DNA of 63,802 nucleotides, counting the filler, from Reticulomyxa filosa (lineage: Eukaryota; Protista; Foraminifera): NCBI GenBank assembly GCA_000512085.1. It is 16 parts of 16 records of this genome, joined end to end, with 100 filler letters (N's around TTAATTAATTAA, not from the genome) between each part and the next. Parts side by side here need not be neighbours in the genome. Positions count along the whole stretch, not along the records: positions 45,445 to 56,445 come from ASPP01025744.1; positions 56,546 to 58,281 come from ASPP01027863.1; positions 58,382 to 60,335 come from ASPP01025716.1; positions 60,436 to 61,906 come from ASPP01020962.1; positions 62,007 to 63,802 come from ASPP01005572.1; 11 more parts are not named here. One strand, given 5' to 3'. Numbering within the stretch: position 1 is the stretch's first letter; each line of letters opens with the position of its first letter. The notes beneath the pieces were generated by a model, which was not told the DNA's origin, made no database searches, and saw nothing but the letters and a program-made list of their open reading frames with translations. Shown here piece by piece: positions 51,689 through 63,802 of the stretch. The translations under genes and the position numbers were made by a program.

Positions 51689-53420
51689 TTATTGATTGCT
51701 GAGTGTAAAGTCTTGGATCCAGTTGTCAGAGATCATCGCATCCAAATCGAAATCGGCGACAATGGGATAATGATCACTGTAGAGAGAGCCGCAAACACCT
51801 GGATATTCGTGGAGGGCCTGGACGTTGGTGAGAGATGAGAACAAGTCATTGCTCACCAATATATGGTCAATCAACGAATGTTCTTTGTCGCCGTCGTCTT
51901 TGCAGTTGCTATTTTTATCATACCAATTGCTGTAACGTTGTGTTTGAGGAATCCAGCCGTTCACATTTTGTAAATTTGGGGAGGTCATCTCACGCAAAAT
52001 TTTAAAGACTTGAGAAGTTGGCGTCGCACTATCTGCGCCAATGTTTTGGTCATCAAAATCTATTGATTGAAGACAATTTATTTATTATGGATTATCTTTC
52101 GTGTGTATTCTCTGTCTTTTTTCGATTATTTTGTAAAAAAAAAAATTGCATACCATTGAAATCACCAATAACTATGATCTGATCCCCGTTTGCGATAGCT
52201 TGGCTGGCATAATTTCGAATGATCCAAGCCTGTGCTTCTCTCTTGGCACAACGATCGGCGGTAGTGGGATAGGCAATGAAATGGAGTCCAAACAACGTCA
52301 AAAAGAAAGACTGTCCATTCAAAGAATCGATTTGAAAGCGAGTTCGAAAGTGTTTGCTGCAGCTCGTAGTCGGTGAGCTGGATGTTTGGTAGCCGCATTT
52401 GCTGCCGCTTATCGGGTACGAATTCATTTGAGAACTTCGCGTCAAGTCCTCAACTGGGTCAATTTTTGTCAACAATCCGACATTTTGACCTGTCACAACG
52501 TACAAAAGGTATACGTTGATATGTATAAAAAAAAAGGGGGACATGTCAACACAATTACCAGTGGACGTGTCAATTCCAAATTTCAAATACGGGCGGTAGG
52601 CTTTACCCGCAGAACCCATTTGAGAAATCAATTCGCTCAATATCCAACAATCCGAGACTTCCACTGCCACGATTATATCTGCGTCAAGTGTTGCAATGTA
52701 CTGTGCCAATTCCTAAACACGACAAAAGGGAAAGAAAAAGGGTGGGATACATATGAATTTTTTTTCGCTCCTGTCTCAAAGACAAAATAAAAAAAAACCA
52801 ACTTCCAAATGTTCTTTTGCAACCGAATTGTTAGTCCATTCACACTCTCCAGGACATATCATACTTCCCATGCTGTGGGAATAGTTAGTAAAAAGCCATT
52901 CCATATTGTATTCTACCATTCGCAATTTTGACTTGTCTGTTCTTCGATCTTGAGGGGATGATGGTACTGTCGCACATTCTACCAAATTCTTACCTTTTAT
53001 ACAAGTTGCCTGGTAATCACTGCAGCAGTTTTCGTTGGTTGTGCCTATTTGTTTTGTTGTTCGTGCAATCACACATAGACATATTTATATGTGTGTACAT
53101 ACATATTCATAAATGCAAATAGAAAAGGATTCGTTCCTTTTTTTGTTTGTGCCACAGGCAGATATATAGAATATGGAATACATACAGTCTTTGTTGCATT
53201 GACACCCACGATTGGGATTGTCTGTCTGGCAACCCACTTCTGCACAACTCAAACAAATAGATTGATAGTCCGAACAACAGTCTCTGCGGCTTGTACAGCT
53301 GCTGTCACATTGGCAACCTTTTTTGCTGTCGTAAGCAACACAACCTCTGTTCGAACAGCCGTCCTGTCCACTGACCAACCACAATCCTAAAAATGCCCAC
53401 AACAATAAACCTCGTTTCAT
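51689..53420 (-). CDS. Secreted protein: signal peptide + 2 Somatomedin-B domains + endonuclease/exonuclease/phosphatase (EEP) domain
   Basis: MKRGLLLWAFLGLWLVSG signal peptide; two C..C.....CQC...C....DCCSDY..C units; EEP catalytic motifs YNMEW, VEV, LHF, GDFN, IDHILVS and SDHYPI across GT..AG-joined exons. Confidence 0.88.
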
Positions 53421-53695
53421 CCTATACCTCAAAATAAAGGAGAATTGTGACAACTATGTCAAGTGTACGCTTTTCCAAAACGTTCGTACTTAAAAAAAAA
53501 AACTATGTCGCTACCGTCTTTCCTTTGACTCGTGCTCTGTTTCTTTGTTCTTTTATGTTTTTTACAACTAAATTTGGGATACTACAATACAATTGATTAT
53601 TTTGTACTGCTGTCCTTGTTTTTTAAAAACTCTTTTCAAGTTCAGACGTAAAACCTTTCAGTCTTTTAACGACAAAAAGTTTGTTTGGCGAAATA

Positions 53696-55989
53696 ATGAC
53701 CGAAAATGCGCAGACTGGCGATGAATATGTCCCGCTTACATCTGAAAAAACAGAAAATTATGAAACACTCAAGAATATAAGTTCGGAAGACTTTAAAGAG
53801 GACCGTCACGAGAGTACGGATGAGGACGAACGAGATATCTTATTGAAGGTAAGAGATTTTGACAACAGTTTTATTCAAGAGGAACAATAAAGAAAATGAT
53901 GCTGTGAATGTTTCATCCGACACAAATAGCTTCATATATACAATTTCACGTTACTAATGATCGGATTATTGGGTGGATTTGGAGTTGGGTACATCGTATG
54001 GATATTTGTAAGAAAAGAATTAATCCTTTGGGCTTTTACTGGTCTGGGATTGGTAGCTGCAAGAATTTTGGAATGGAAGAGGTTTCCACAAAAGTGAGTT
54101 TTGTTTGTTGTGATTACGTATTTTTTAACTGGTATGTATAGACCAACGACAAATTAAAAAACGTATACAAAACTATGCTTGCTGTTATCAGGGAAGTCTG
54201 TATATGGACGCGAAAGGACAAGCGTGAGATGTTGCACCCTCCACAATGGAGAGAAAAATTTGCAGATTTATGTGACTTTTTTATCCAAAGTGACATGTGC
54301 GATTCGGAAAAAGAGTATATCCGTTCCACAGCGGTCTATCATTATAACAACACGTCTGCGATAACGGTGAGAGAGAGATTAGTAAAGAGTAGGTACAGAT
54401 TTGAGGGACTGTTGTTTTCATCAATTTATGGCCGAATTTTTTCGGTAATTCTTTCGTTGATCATTTCGAGCTCAACGTATTTGAAAAACAATTTAGCAAC
54501 AAACTTATTGCTGTTTGCTATCTCATTCATGGTTTTGACTGCCGTTGTCACTTTGATTGGGTGCTTTATCGAAGTGGAATTGCGAAAAAGAGTTACATTT
54601 TTTCTCTCTTTGGCTAAGATATACGCATAACCGATAATCAAATAAACATTTAGAATTTCTTTGCTTATAATCAAGCTGTTGATTTCACTAGAAATATTCC
54701 ACTTCACTCTATTGGCCAGATCGAGTGTATCAATTACGGTCAGGATTATCAAAAGTATTTGATGAACTCTCCCGAATTAGCCACGTTTAATAATATATGT
54801 ATTTGTATAAATAACTAAAAAAAATACCTTCCTCCCTTCCAATATTCTTTATTTTGTATTGTTTTGAAATACAATGATGGGGGGAAAAGAACGTGGACAA
54901 CAGTAAAAATGTATATCAAAATGGTATTTACTCCATTTATTGTCTTCTTTGATATATTGGAATTTATTTGTAAGACATGTGTAACGAATACCGTGTTTGC
55001 CGTATTTTTGTGGGTAAATTTCGGGGCGATATGCTTGTACCAAGCACATGTGTACAAATACACGGACATGTTGGAACCCGCTGCAACTTTACTTTGGGTT
55101 GGCTTTTTTGCTAACGTTTTTGTGATATGGTATACGTCCAGTGAGCGTGCTTTTCTTTATTTGGGTAATGAGATTTCCTTGCTCGGATTTATTTCAGTTA
55201 AAAAATTGGTGTTAATGGCGGATACCAGAATCGCTGCTGAAAAGGTCAAACGCATGCATTATGCATTCATTTGCTCTTTGTTCCTTATCTTGCTCAGTAC
55301 CATTATGGTCTCCGCTGTTGCCAATGACGTGTTGAAGAGCCCTAGTATCATCAATTTTGGCTCATCTTGGAGTACTGATTCCAAGGATCATACCAGTTAA
55401 AAAGAAAAAAATATTTCTTTAAAGATTTGCAAAATTTGCAAGAAGAGTTGAAAAACTAATTGTTTGTTGTTTATATACTATTGTAAAAGAGTATATCAAT
55501 TGCCAAGACAACGAACAAGATTCCTCCTCTCCAGCGCCTCTGACGTCTGACGTGCAAAACAAATATTCTTCGGAATACGATGCGATGTGTAGCAGTCCAT
55601 CATTTGGTTTAATGGTGGTATCAGTAATATTTTGTACATTGGATTGGTTTTTATTGCTTGCTCTCGCGTTGTACTGGCATGTTAATGATCGCTATCAAAG
55701 AGATGTCTGTTATGACGACACCAAAACTGTGTGGCATGAGCACACTCTTTTTACCATTTCTTCTGTCTCAAGTACTGTTACATGGATTGGTCGCATTTTG
55801 CATGGTGAATTTTCCAAGTATGAATTTTTCTTAAAAGCCGAAGACGCAGATAGATTACATCAATACTTGACAGAAAATGGTTTATGGTTTTCTAAACTCA
55901 AATCAGATGAACCTGGTGCACGTGAGCTAATGCCAAAAGGTATTGTGCTTGAAAAGAGTAATAACTATTTTTTTCCGAAGCCTACATGA
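53696..55989 (+). CDS. Multi-exon multi-pass membrane protein, unknown family
   Basis: Acidic N-terminus MTENAQTGDEYVPL, then successive plus-strand exons with numerous hydrophobic helices, ending NYFFPKPT-stop. Confidence 0.7.
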
Positions 55990-56563
55990 ACATTCATTTT
56001 CAAAAAAAATTGTACCACGATTTTTTTTTAAATGAATGTTTTAATGATGTGAATATTCTTATTACCTGGAATGTCAAATTGAAATTTTTGTCAATTTTTA
56101 AATGACGAAAATACTTTTTCTATCACTCAAAAAACACAAATTTTTATTTGCTTTTAAAAGATCCTCATAATATTTTTCTTGTTGATAAAGAAATTTGCTA
56201 ATAATTGAAAATTTCAAAATAAATTGTCAAAATGTTTTTTATTGTAAAAAAGAACATCCTTATTAGAGTGTTAACAGCTATAAGGAAATTTGAGACAGGA
56301 ATGCATGAGTCTGTTTTTCATTAAAAAAATGAGATTTATTTTTGAAGTCTGTCTGGTTCATCATTTCTTTTGATGAAGAAATGAAATAAGATTGCTTTCG
56401 GTTATCATTTTTTGTTGAACTACATAAAGCACATAATGCGCTGGANNNNNNNNNNNNNNNNNNNNNNNNNNNNNNNNNNNNNNNNNNNNTTAATTAATTA
56501 ANNNNNNNNNNNNNNNNNNNNNNNNNNNNNNNNNNNNNNNNNNNNATTTTTTTTATATTGCTC

Positions 56564-56758
56564 TTATGTGCACAAATATGCAATTTTTTTAATTTCATGT
56601 TTGTGTAGCACGTATTGATGTTCATAAAGCAGTGATATGTTGATTTTATTCAGTTTTTCTTTCATGAGGTTTCTGTGTTGCATTTCGACCAGCATGTCGA
56701 TGAATTGTTTTAAAAAAGGGGATGTGACAGACCCTTTGAAAAGTATTTGCATAGGCAA
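56564..56758 (-). pseudogene. Truncated Kelch-like family fragment
   Basis: HQYVLHKHEI resembles SQCVFHKHEI of the 282-2646 gene, then terminates. Confidence 0.35.
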
Positions 56759-57459
56759 TGATTATTCAAACAAAAACTTTTGTAATACATAAAAACAGCA
56801 AGTCCAAAAGTTATATTGATGTATTTTTTGTTTTTTCAGGAAGGCAAAGGTATAATTTATTTGTTATTCAATAATTTGGCACATAATTGAACAGAATTTT
56901 TTGTCTTTCGAGGCATTCTTTTGGGAAGTCACATTGTAATCTTTTTTTTATTGTTCAATACAATTGACTGAGAGACTTGACCGAAAAAAAGTCCACATCT
57001 GATCCGATGTATTTTGTTTTTTTTTAACAAACAAAAAAGCGAAAAACTTATCAAGTGCTTTAGGAGTCGAAAACTGAACATTGAACTTGATATATTGAAG
57101 ACATGATAAATAGTTTGACACAATCTATTATTTAATCAGGTCTTTAATCCAAAAATAATAAGAAAATACATTTTAAATTGACAATTTTAAACTGTCAGAA
57201 AAGACACATTTTTTTTTTCAAACAATTCCAAATAGTTGTAAACGCAGAGACGCAAAAATAACGTTAACTCTTCATTATACTAAAAATTACTCAGTTTTTC
57301 TGTTGAAAGAAAAAAAGGGGAAACGGAGTTTTGTAATTTTTAAAATTCAACTTAATGATGTCTCAGCATTAACGCATGAGCAACCAAAACACAACACGAA
57401 AGTAAAGGCAAACCATTATTGCCTCAACTGCCTTTCAGGATGTGAAGAATGTGTCCTCT

Positions 57460-58035
57460 TCACTTGCTTTGCCTCAATGTGGAGGTTATAAACAGAGGGC
57501 TTGTTATTCTTATCATACACTCAAAAACGAATACAAGCTCGTCTGCGAGTATCCAAATGAAGTTAAATTACTTGGACACTGCTCATTGAAATTGGCAGAT
57601 CACAGGAACAACAAAGACAGTAATGGAGTCACTCTGTTATCTTTTGGTGGAAAACATAAACATGCATTAGTGATGAAATATGTAAGTGTTTGGAGTGATA
57701 TCAAAAGGAATAAATCAAAAAAGTACAATGAATGGATCCCTCTGATGTAGTTACAATTATCCAATTCAAATTGGAAGAAAACAAGATGATTATGAAGGAG
57801 TGCTTGCAGTGATTGGTGGAAGCGACAATCATTTATTATTTATTACTTATTATAAAAATAATATTACGTGTTTGATTTAAACGCATTTCAATTTATTAAA
57901 CATGATAAATTACCAGCTGGTTATATTATGTATCATTGCTTTGTATCAAAATCAGAAAATGAACGGATAAGAAATGATAAAAGCAAATCAACAAAAAAAA
58001 AGGGATGAAATGCTATTATTTTGTAAAAAGATAGT
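57460..58035 (+). pseudogene. Kelch-like family pseudogene
   Basis: CGGYKQRACYSYHTLKNEYK..TLLSFGGKHKHALVMKYVSVW..YNEWIP, then after frameshifts YEGVLAVIGGSDNHLLFITY; clearly paralogous to 1289-2646. Confidence 0.8.
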
Positions 58036-58381
58036 ATATCAATTAAATTCTTTGAAAAAAACAAAGTGAATATTTTATTGATTTTTGAAAATTTTCGAGA
58101 ATAAAAATGATTAAAAAATACAAATATCGAACTATGCTTAGCTAAAAAAAAAAGGACGAAATGTTGAAATAATTATGAAAGATTTAATAAAAACTAAATT
58201 AAAAATGATATTTAAAAACTACAAGATTCGCAGATATTTTTTTTAAAAATTAGGTCAAGAAAATCAATCATCTCTATAAAGNNNNNNNNNNNNNNNNNNN
58301 NNNNNNNNNNNNNNNNNNNNNNNNNTTAATTAATTAANNNNNNNNNNNNNNNNNNNNNNNNNNNNNNNNNNNNNNNNNNNN

Positions 58382-58824
58382 TACTATCATCATCCTCTCC
58401 ATTACTATCATCACCCTTTCCATTACTGTCCTCGTCGTTACTTACTTGCACTGACGAGTATGTCCCCTTGTTTCTCAATTCACTTTTGCTATTACTTTGG
58501 ACACTGTGCCTATTCTTATTACTTTTGTTATCGCCATTGTCGCTTTGCTTTGTCTGCTGTTTTTTTTGTCCGCTGCTGGCCACGCTCGTCGTCTTTTTAC
58601 TTGTCTTTAATCGCGAACAGGCCTGCAGATACTCAATTTTGCATATTCCTCGCAAAATCTTTGCCTTGTCTTGCTTCGGAATTTCTCCTAGTATTTTGTA
58701 ACCGCTTTTTATTTCCTCCAGCAAAAATGCTCCGTCCACTTGTCCACTGTTAAACAAACCCATTGTTTCTTTTGATATCCCTCTCAACTGTAACCAATTT
58801 TGCACTTTCTTTGTCGTCCATTCC
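58382..58824 (-). CDS. SAM-domain protein exon (fragment)
   Basis: EWTTKKVQNWLQLRGI.....LFNSGQVDGAFLL......LGEIPKQDKAKILRGI fits the SAM consensus; followed by a low-complexity tail. Confidence 0.65.
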
Positions 58825-59629
58825 TCTTTTTTTTTTTATTGTTGTTATTTATTTATTTGTTTGTTTGTTTATTTGTTTATTTATTTGTTTGGTCTTTCAT
58901 TTTACTTTTTCTATCTATTACTCTTTTGTCTTCCCTTTCGTTGCCACAAGGAGGAGAGGGAAACAAAGACCCTTACCAAAAAAAAAAATACAGAAAAAAC
59001 GTTCGTTGATTTATTTTCAACAACACATACCAATTTCAGAATGAGGAGTGAGATCATCTCCTATTGAACGAGAAAACGCCAAAAAAAGCCCAATGATAAT
59101 ATTTACGAAACGCATCTCAAAGTGAAATGTATCTTAATTTTTTTCTTTGTCCCCCACCCCTTTTTCATATCGGCACGCTTTTTTTGAACAGGATTGCTTT
59201 ACCAAAGGCTCAATCGCTTGCTTTTCATTTTTTGTAATTTCTCTTTTTAAATACTTTCGTAGTGCAAGTGGAACACGCTCCACTGTTTTGGAAATTAAAA
59301 TATGTATTTTAATAGACCATGTGATAAATTCCAATATTTTTTTTCTTTTCTTCAGTTGTGCACTACTTAATATTTATTTAAGAAACGCGTATTTTTTTCT
59401 ATGCGTACAAACAATAGATCATACCAATGGGCACAGCTTGGATTTTTTTTCTGGTTTCTTTCCCGAAAACAGAAAAAAAAACTTCAAATAGAATAACAAA
59501 GATTGCTCTAGGCTATCCGCTCCTTATTTTTTTTTAATTTTTGTTTTGTTTTGTTGTAGCGTTTGGTTGGAAAAAGAAGAGACCGTTTGCTCTTTAAAAA
59601 AAAAAAAAAACGAAAGAGCTTAGACGAAC

Positions 59630-60069
59630 ATGCCAGAGTTGAGTGAACTTACAGAACAAGCAAAGGGTGATGTGAACAACAAGGTCAGATCAAAGACCAA
59701 CAGAAAAAATAAGAGCAAAGGCAAAGCAAATATGAGAGTAAATCCAAATCCAAATGCAAATGGAAGCGCAAAGACAAAAGCGGAAGGTGAAGGTAGTGAG
59801 AAGAAAGGAAGACCAAGGAATAGTGTCGTTGCTGTGGATGAACAACAACAAAAAAGTATTCGTATGTGCGAAAAGGAAAGCGAAAAAGTGGAGATGACAG
59901 ATGAAGAAAAGTGTGCAATTGAATATTATTGCACATTGCGTGCAACCCCGTGGGCAGTGGGCACGCCGGCGAAAATCTTGACAAAGTCACAGCCGCAGTC
60001 GCAATCGCAATCGCAATTGCAATCGCAATCACGATCTCGATCGCGATCTCGATCTCAATTGCGGCGATT

Positions 60070-60105
<36 letters not shown>

Positions 60106-60290
60106 AGACGTGTTCAGTAGTGATCTGACGACGACGACGACGACGACGACGACTAGTCATTCGAAGACGCCATTGGAAGTGGTCACAAGCGGATGCAATT
60201 ACGTTGACAGCAGCGAGTCGAGCATAGACGTGCCGCGTCTCCCTTCGTCTGACTCGGATGGCGTTTCTTGTTTCAATCAACAGCAACAAT
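59630..60290 (+). CDS. Low-complexity protein, first exon (3'-truncated)
   Basis: ATG-initiated ORF of >200 codons with QS/RS, poly-Q and poly-T tracts. Confidence 0.55.
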
Positions 60291-60435
60291 GTATCCCCCT
60301 TCTCTTTGTTTGGTTGTGTGTTTGTTTAGACTTTANNNNNNNNNNNNNNNNNNNNNNNNNNNNNNNNNNNNNNNNNNNNTTAATTAATTAANNNNNNNNN
60401 NNNNNNNNNNNNNNNNNNNNNNNNNNNNNNNNNNN

Positions 60436-60472
<37 letters not shown>

Positions 60473-60529
60473 TTGGTTTGTTTTGAAACAATGTAAATAT
60501 AAAATATATACATGTATTTTTTTTTTTAG

Positions 60530-61832
60530 AAATAATGCATTGTCGCGCATGCACTCCCTCCGATTAAGCAGTCACGGATGGATCGTTCATGACAGTTCGC
60601 TATTGCGACGCATCCATCGTGACGAGTTACGGCGTTACGTGCAAGACCACAAGGATTTGCTGGAGACGCTGACGTTGGAAACGTTTATGCAAATAGTACG
60701 AAAAGTCAAACCTGACACGGTGCTTACCGACGAGGAGTTGGCCCAGATGTTCGAAGAATGGAAGCTTTGCATGAAACGTCAAGACTTTAAATTCACAGAT
60801 TTGCACGAATTGGATTTTTTGTTGTACCATTTGGGATTGGTCGTTTCGCGTGGCCTGCTGCCCAAATTGTCCGCGTCGCATCTCTCTACACTGGACGAAG
60901 ACTTGGAAGTCGACCTTACGGTTTCCAACGCGAATACCACTTTTATCACTTCCCCGAATCCCGTCAAAGCGTCGTTTACGACGCCTTCCTTTATGGAAAA
61001 AGACATTGGCATTATGGTTGGCTCACCGGTAAAATATATGTATATATATATATATATATATACAGTTTTTTTTTTACATCTCTTTGCAATTTCATGTGTT
61101 GTCCAAGACCGAGGCAAGTGCAACTGCAGCGACGACATCCCATAACTTCTCCGAAGCGAATGTGCCAAAGGAAGGAAATCCCACAAATTCGCAGTCACCG
61201 CCGATACTGTTTACAATAGCAGACTTGGTCGGAGAATTTATCGACGAATACGATAACATCATTCGCATCTCCGATATCAACGAGTCCTTTACTCCGCCTG
61301 CCTCCATCCTTCACGTTGGCTCTTCTCCTACCTTTTCCTTGCTCACTTCGGATTTGCATACCAACACAAATGCAAAGCGCAAAGCAAATAAAAATCCAAA
61401 CGCGCGCAAAAAAAAGACTACACAAGAAGGTGTGCCATCCACATCTGTTTTGCAAAAAGGAAAGAAAGATGTCGCACCTGTTATCACGTCATCCAAAAAA
61501 GCTATCACTTCTACTTCTACCGCTTCTACTGCCACTTCGACGATTACCGCTGTTGCTACTGCGACTGTCCCTACCACTACTCCTGCTGCCCCCTCTACTA
61601 CTACTACAGTCGTCTCCACGAACATAACTACAACTACTGCAGGCACTACAGTAGCAACAGCAACAACAACAACAACTACAACAGCTGGTGCTACTGATAC
61701 GAATACCGGTAATGGCACAGCTACTGTCAATGGTTCTCGAGAGAGTTTGACACTGACACAAATGCAGACTTTACAAAAAAAAAAAAGGAAACCCGCAAAA
61801 AGCGTCTACCGAAACTGGTCACGCGAAAGGCA
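60530..61832 (+). CDS. Internal exons of an uncharacterised protein with Thr-rich region
   Basis: Two long overlapping ORFs (220 and 292 aa) separated by a (TA)n-containing intron at ~61029-61108. Confidence 0.6.
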
Positions 61833-61867
61833 GTTATGTCTTCAATTTGTCTTGTTTTATTTTGTCA

Positions 61868-61906
<39 letters not shown>

Positions 61907-62006
61907 NNNNNNNNNNNNNNNNNNNNNNNNNNNNNNNNNNNNNNNNNNNNTTAATTAATTAANNNNNNNNNNNNNNNNNNNNNNNNNNNNNNNNNNNNNN
62001 NNNNNN

Positions 62007-62386
62007 GTCCCAACGCCGCCCAGAAGGAATTGGTCGAAGCCACTGGCAATATTGTCCGCACCTTGTGCGACATGATGCGGCCGGGCGTTACCCTTCTCGA
62101 CGTCGCCGCAACGGGAGACAAGATGACCGCCGACTTCGGCGGGACGATCTCGCCCTTCGCGAAGTCATTTCCCTTCTATGGTCACGGCGTCGGCCTTACC
62201 TTCGAACTGCCCCGCATTGGCAGCACCATGTCGATGCCCGAGGACAAGGTGGCCGAGAGCATGGTTTTCGGCGTCGAGGCCTTCTTGGCGCAAGACGGCG
62301 CCGGCTCGGCCTTCGTCGAGGACATCATCATCATCGGCAAGGACCGCAATGAGTTGATTACAAACACGCCCCTCTATTGGTGGTGA
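62007..62386 (+). CDS. Bacterial M24 (Xaa-Pro/creatinase-like) peptidase, C-terminal fragment
   Basis: MRPGV....VA, YGHGVGL..E.P, MVFGVE and FVEDIIII....ELIT are M24 pita-bread fold metal-ligand motifs; GC-rich codon usage. Confidence 0.88.
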
Positions 62387-62642
62387 TGGGAGAATTTCTG
62401 AAGGGTAACCGGCATTCCTGATGTAGGCGGCGCATTACGACGCTCGCAACGCTCACCCGGAACAATGCCGAGACCTGCCGGCACGACTGACCGTCGCCCA
62501 TCGAATAGGTCCGTGCCATGCCCCCGACGTCCAATCAGTCGGAAGTTTGAATCATACTGCCATCGGCTTGGGAGTTCCCTGCGATTCAAACAGCTTCAGA
62601 ATGACCCTGATGCCCATTGCTCGGCTGGCGCGTCGTGCCGAT

Positions 62643-63335
62643 TCAGCGCAGCGCCCGCTTCATCGTGGCGCTGAAGGATTCAATATGCGCTTCCATGGCG
62701 GCGGCGGCGCCCGCCGCGTCGCGCCTCCTCAGTGCTTCGATGATCGCCGTGTGCTCTGGCACGATTTCTTCCAGGTGGCGGACGTCGGAGAGGGAGACGG
62801 TCCAGAAGCGCTGAGAGCGATCATGAAGCTGCATCAGCATCTCGTGCAGGACCTTGTTTCGAGAAGCGCGGGACAGGATCTGATGAAAGGTCCGGTCGAG
62901 ATCGACGACGGTGTCGATGTCGCGCCGGTCGACGGCCTGCGCCGCCTGGAGCAGGAGGCCCTCCAGCGCGTCCAATTCCCCGGCATCGATATGCTCCGCC
63001 GCGCAGCGCGCGCAGTACGGTTCATTGAGGCGGCGAACATCGATGAGGTCGGCCACCTCGTCGAAAGAAAGCGGCTGAACGAGGAGGCCCTTGCGCGGCA
63101 GAATCTGGATCAGGCCCTCGAAACTCAGACGGTGCACCGCCCGGTTGACCGGCGTCCGGCCGACTTTCAGGGTTTCCGACAGCTTGGCTTCGTTCAGATA
63201 ATCGCCCGGCTTCAGCTTCAGTCTCAGGATCAGGCGCTTGATCTCGCGATAGGCCCGCTCGTTCAGAGAGACCGGCTTCTCGTTCTTCGACCTGGCTGTT
63301 GCCGCCCTGGAACGGCCGATCACCTTGCTCTTCAT
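62643..63335 (-). CDS. Bacterial GntR-family transcriptional regulator (FCD C-terminal domain)
   Basis: SLNERAYREIKRLIL..LKPGDYLNEAKLSETLKVGRTPVNRAV.RL..EGLI..PRKG winged HTH; LDRTFH....ASRN..L and EH..IIEAL..RD...A...M..HI FCD motifs. Confidence 0.93.
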   Translation of the reverse strand: MKSKVIGRSRAATARSKNEKPVSLNERAYREIKRLILRLKLKPGDYLNEAKLSETLKVGRTPVNRAVHRLSFEGLIQILPRKGLLVQPLSFDEVADLIDVRRLNEPYCARCAAEHIDAGELDALEGLLLQAAQAVDRRDIDTVVDLDRTFHQILSRASRNKVLHEMLMQLHDRSQRFWTVSLSDVRHLEEIVPEHTAIIEALRRRDAAGAAAAMEAHIESFSATMKRALR

Positions 63336-63416
63336 GGTGCTAGCCTTAGTTCGCTCCCAGACATGCGACAACAGTGATACTTCACGCCTTGTCGACCGTG
63401 TCTGCGGGAGATGCTC

Positions 63417-63802
63417 TCAGGCGATGACCGGCAGCGTCTCGATGTCGTAGGCGTGGGTGATCTTGCGGCTGAGCACAGGATCCTCGAGTTCCATCTCGAA
63501 GCGCGACGAGGAGCGGATGCCGCCGATCGCCGGCATGGTGCCGCAGAACATCACGGTGCCCATGGGCAGGCGCTTGTTGTCCTTCCAGGCGAAGATCAGC
63601 TCGCGCGGATCGCGGATCTTCGACAGCGGTCCTTCCTGATAGAGGGTCTTCTTGCCGCCTTCCTGCACAAAGCTACGCAGCACGAGGCTGTCCCAGTGCG
63701 CCTCGACTTCCTCGAAGCGCCAGGCGGTGCGCCCGATGGGCTTGGCGCACATCTGCTTGGAGACGGCGATTCCGTAGCTCTCGACCTTGCGGTCGGTATG
63801 GT
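63417..63802 (-). CDS. Bacterial DUF2848-domain (FAH-like) protein, 5'-truncated
   Basis: HTDRKVESYGIAVSKQMCAKP..W...EV..HWD.L.LRS....LYQEG..FCGT..AIGGI....FEMELEDP....I.H.Y pattern. Confidence 0.82.
   Translation of the reverse strand, partial: HTDRKVESYGIAVSKQMCAKPIGRTAWRFEEVEAHWDSLVLRSFVQEGGKKTLYQEGPLSKIRDPRELIFAWKDNKRLPMGTVMFCGTMPAIGGIRSSSRFEMELEDPVLSRKITHAYDIETLPVIA

Noticed and set aside
62547-63377. 276-aa plus-strand ORF
   Set aside because: Antisense shadow of the GntR gene, typical of high-GC DNA.
1-63802. CRISPR arrays, tRNA and rRNA genes
   Set aside because: None recognised; the tandem repeats present are microsatellites or coding low-complexity tracts without unique spacers.

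Overview
This window is not one locus. It is 16 small contigs joined by identical artificial 100-nt spacers (N-run + TTAATTAATTAA + N-run). Contigs 1-15 (1-61906) are AT-rich, intron-containing eukaryotic DNA. The gene families (Kelch-like/WD40 genes with an 'IIxxWIR..GW' motif, TPR, many pseudogenes) and frequent homopolymer frameshifts suggest the foraminiferan Reticulomyxa filosa or a relative; this is inference, not a database result. Recognisable genes: a Kelch-like+WD40 gene, a UBA-tailed protein, an RRM protein, a TPR fragment, ALG10, an ArfGAP, an hnRNP F/H-like qRRM protein, a secreted 2xSomatomedin-B + EEP nuclease, a SAM-domain fragment and several multi-pass membrane proteins. There is a decayed Ty3/Gypsy gag-pro-RT start and a probable decayed LINE. 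The 21-kb contig at 13401-34587 has no intact gene. It is a mosaic of three diverged copies (one inverted) of a multi-kb unit carrying unrelated gene fragments (RluA pseudouridine synthase, HEAT/ARM-like gene), with an RPEL/CAP-Gly remnant between copies. The unit has a TTAA-centred palindrome at one boundary and a spliced-looking module with hairpin-rich conserved blocks that recurs on another contig. The last contig (62007-63802) is GC-rich bacterial DNA (M24 peptidase, GntR, DUF2848). Exon boundaries and repeat limits were read by eye and are approximate.
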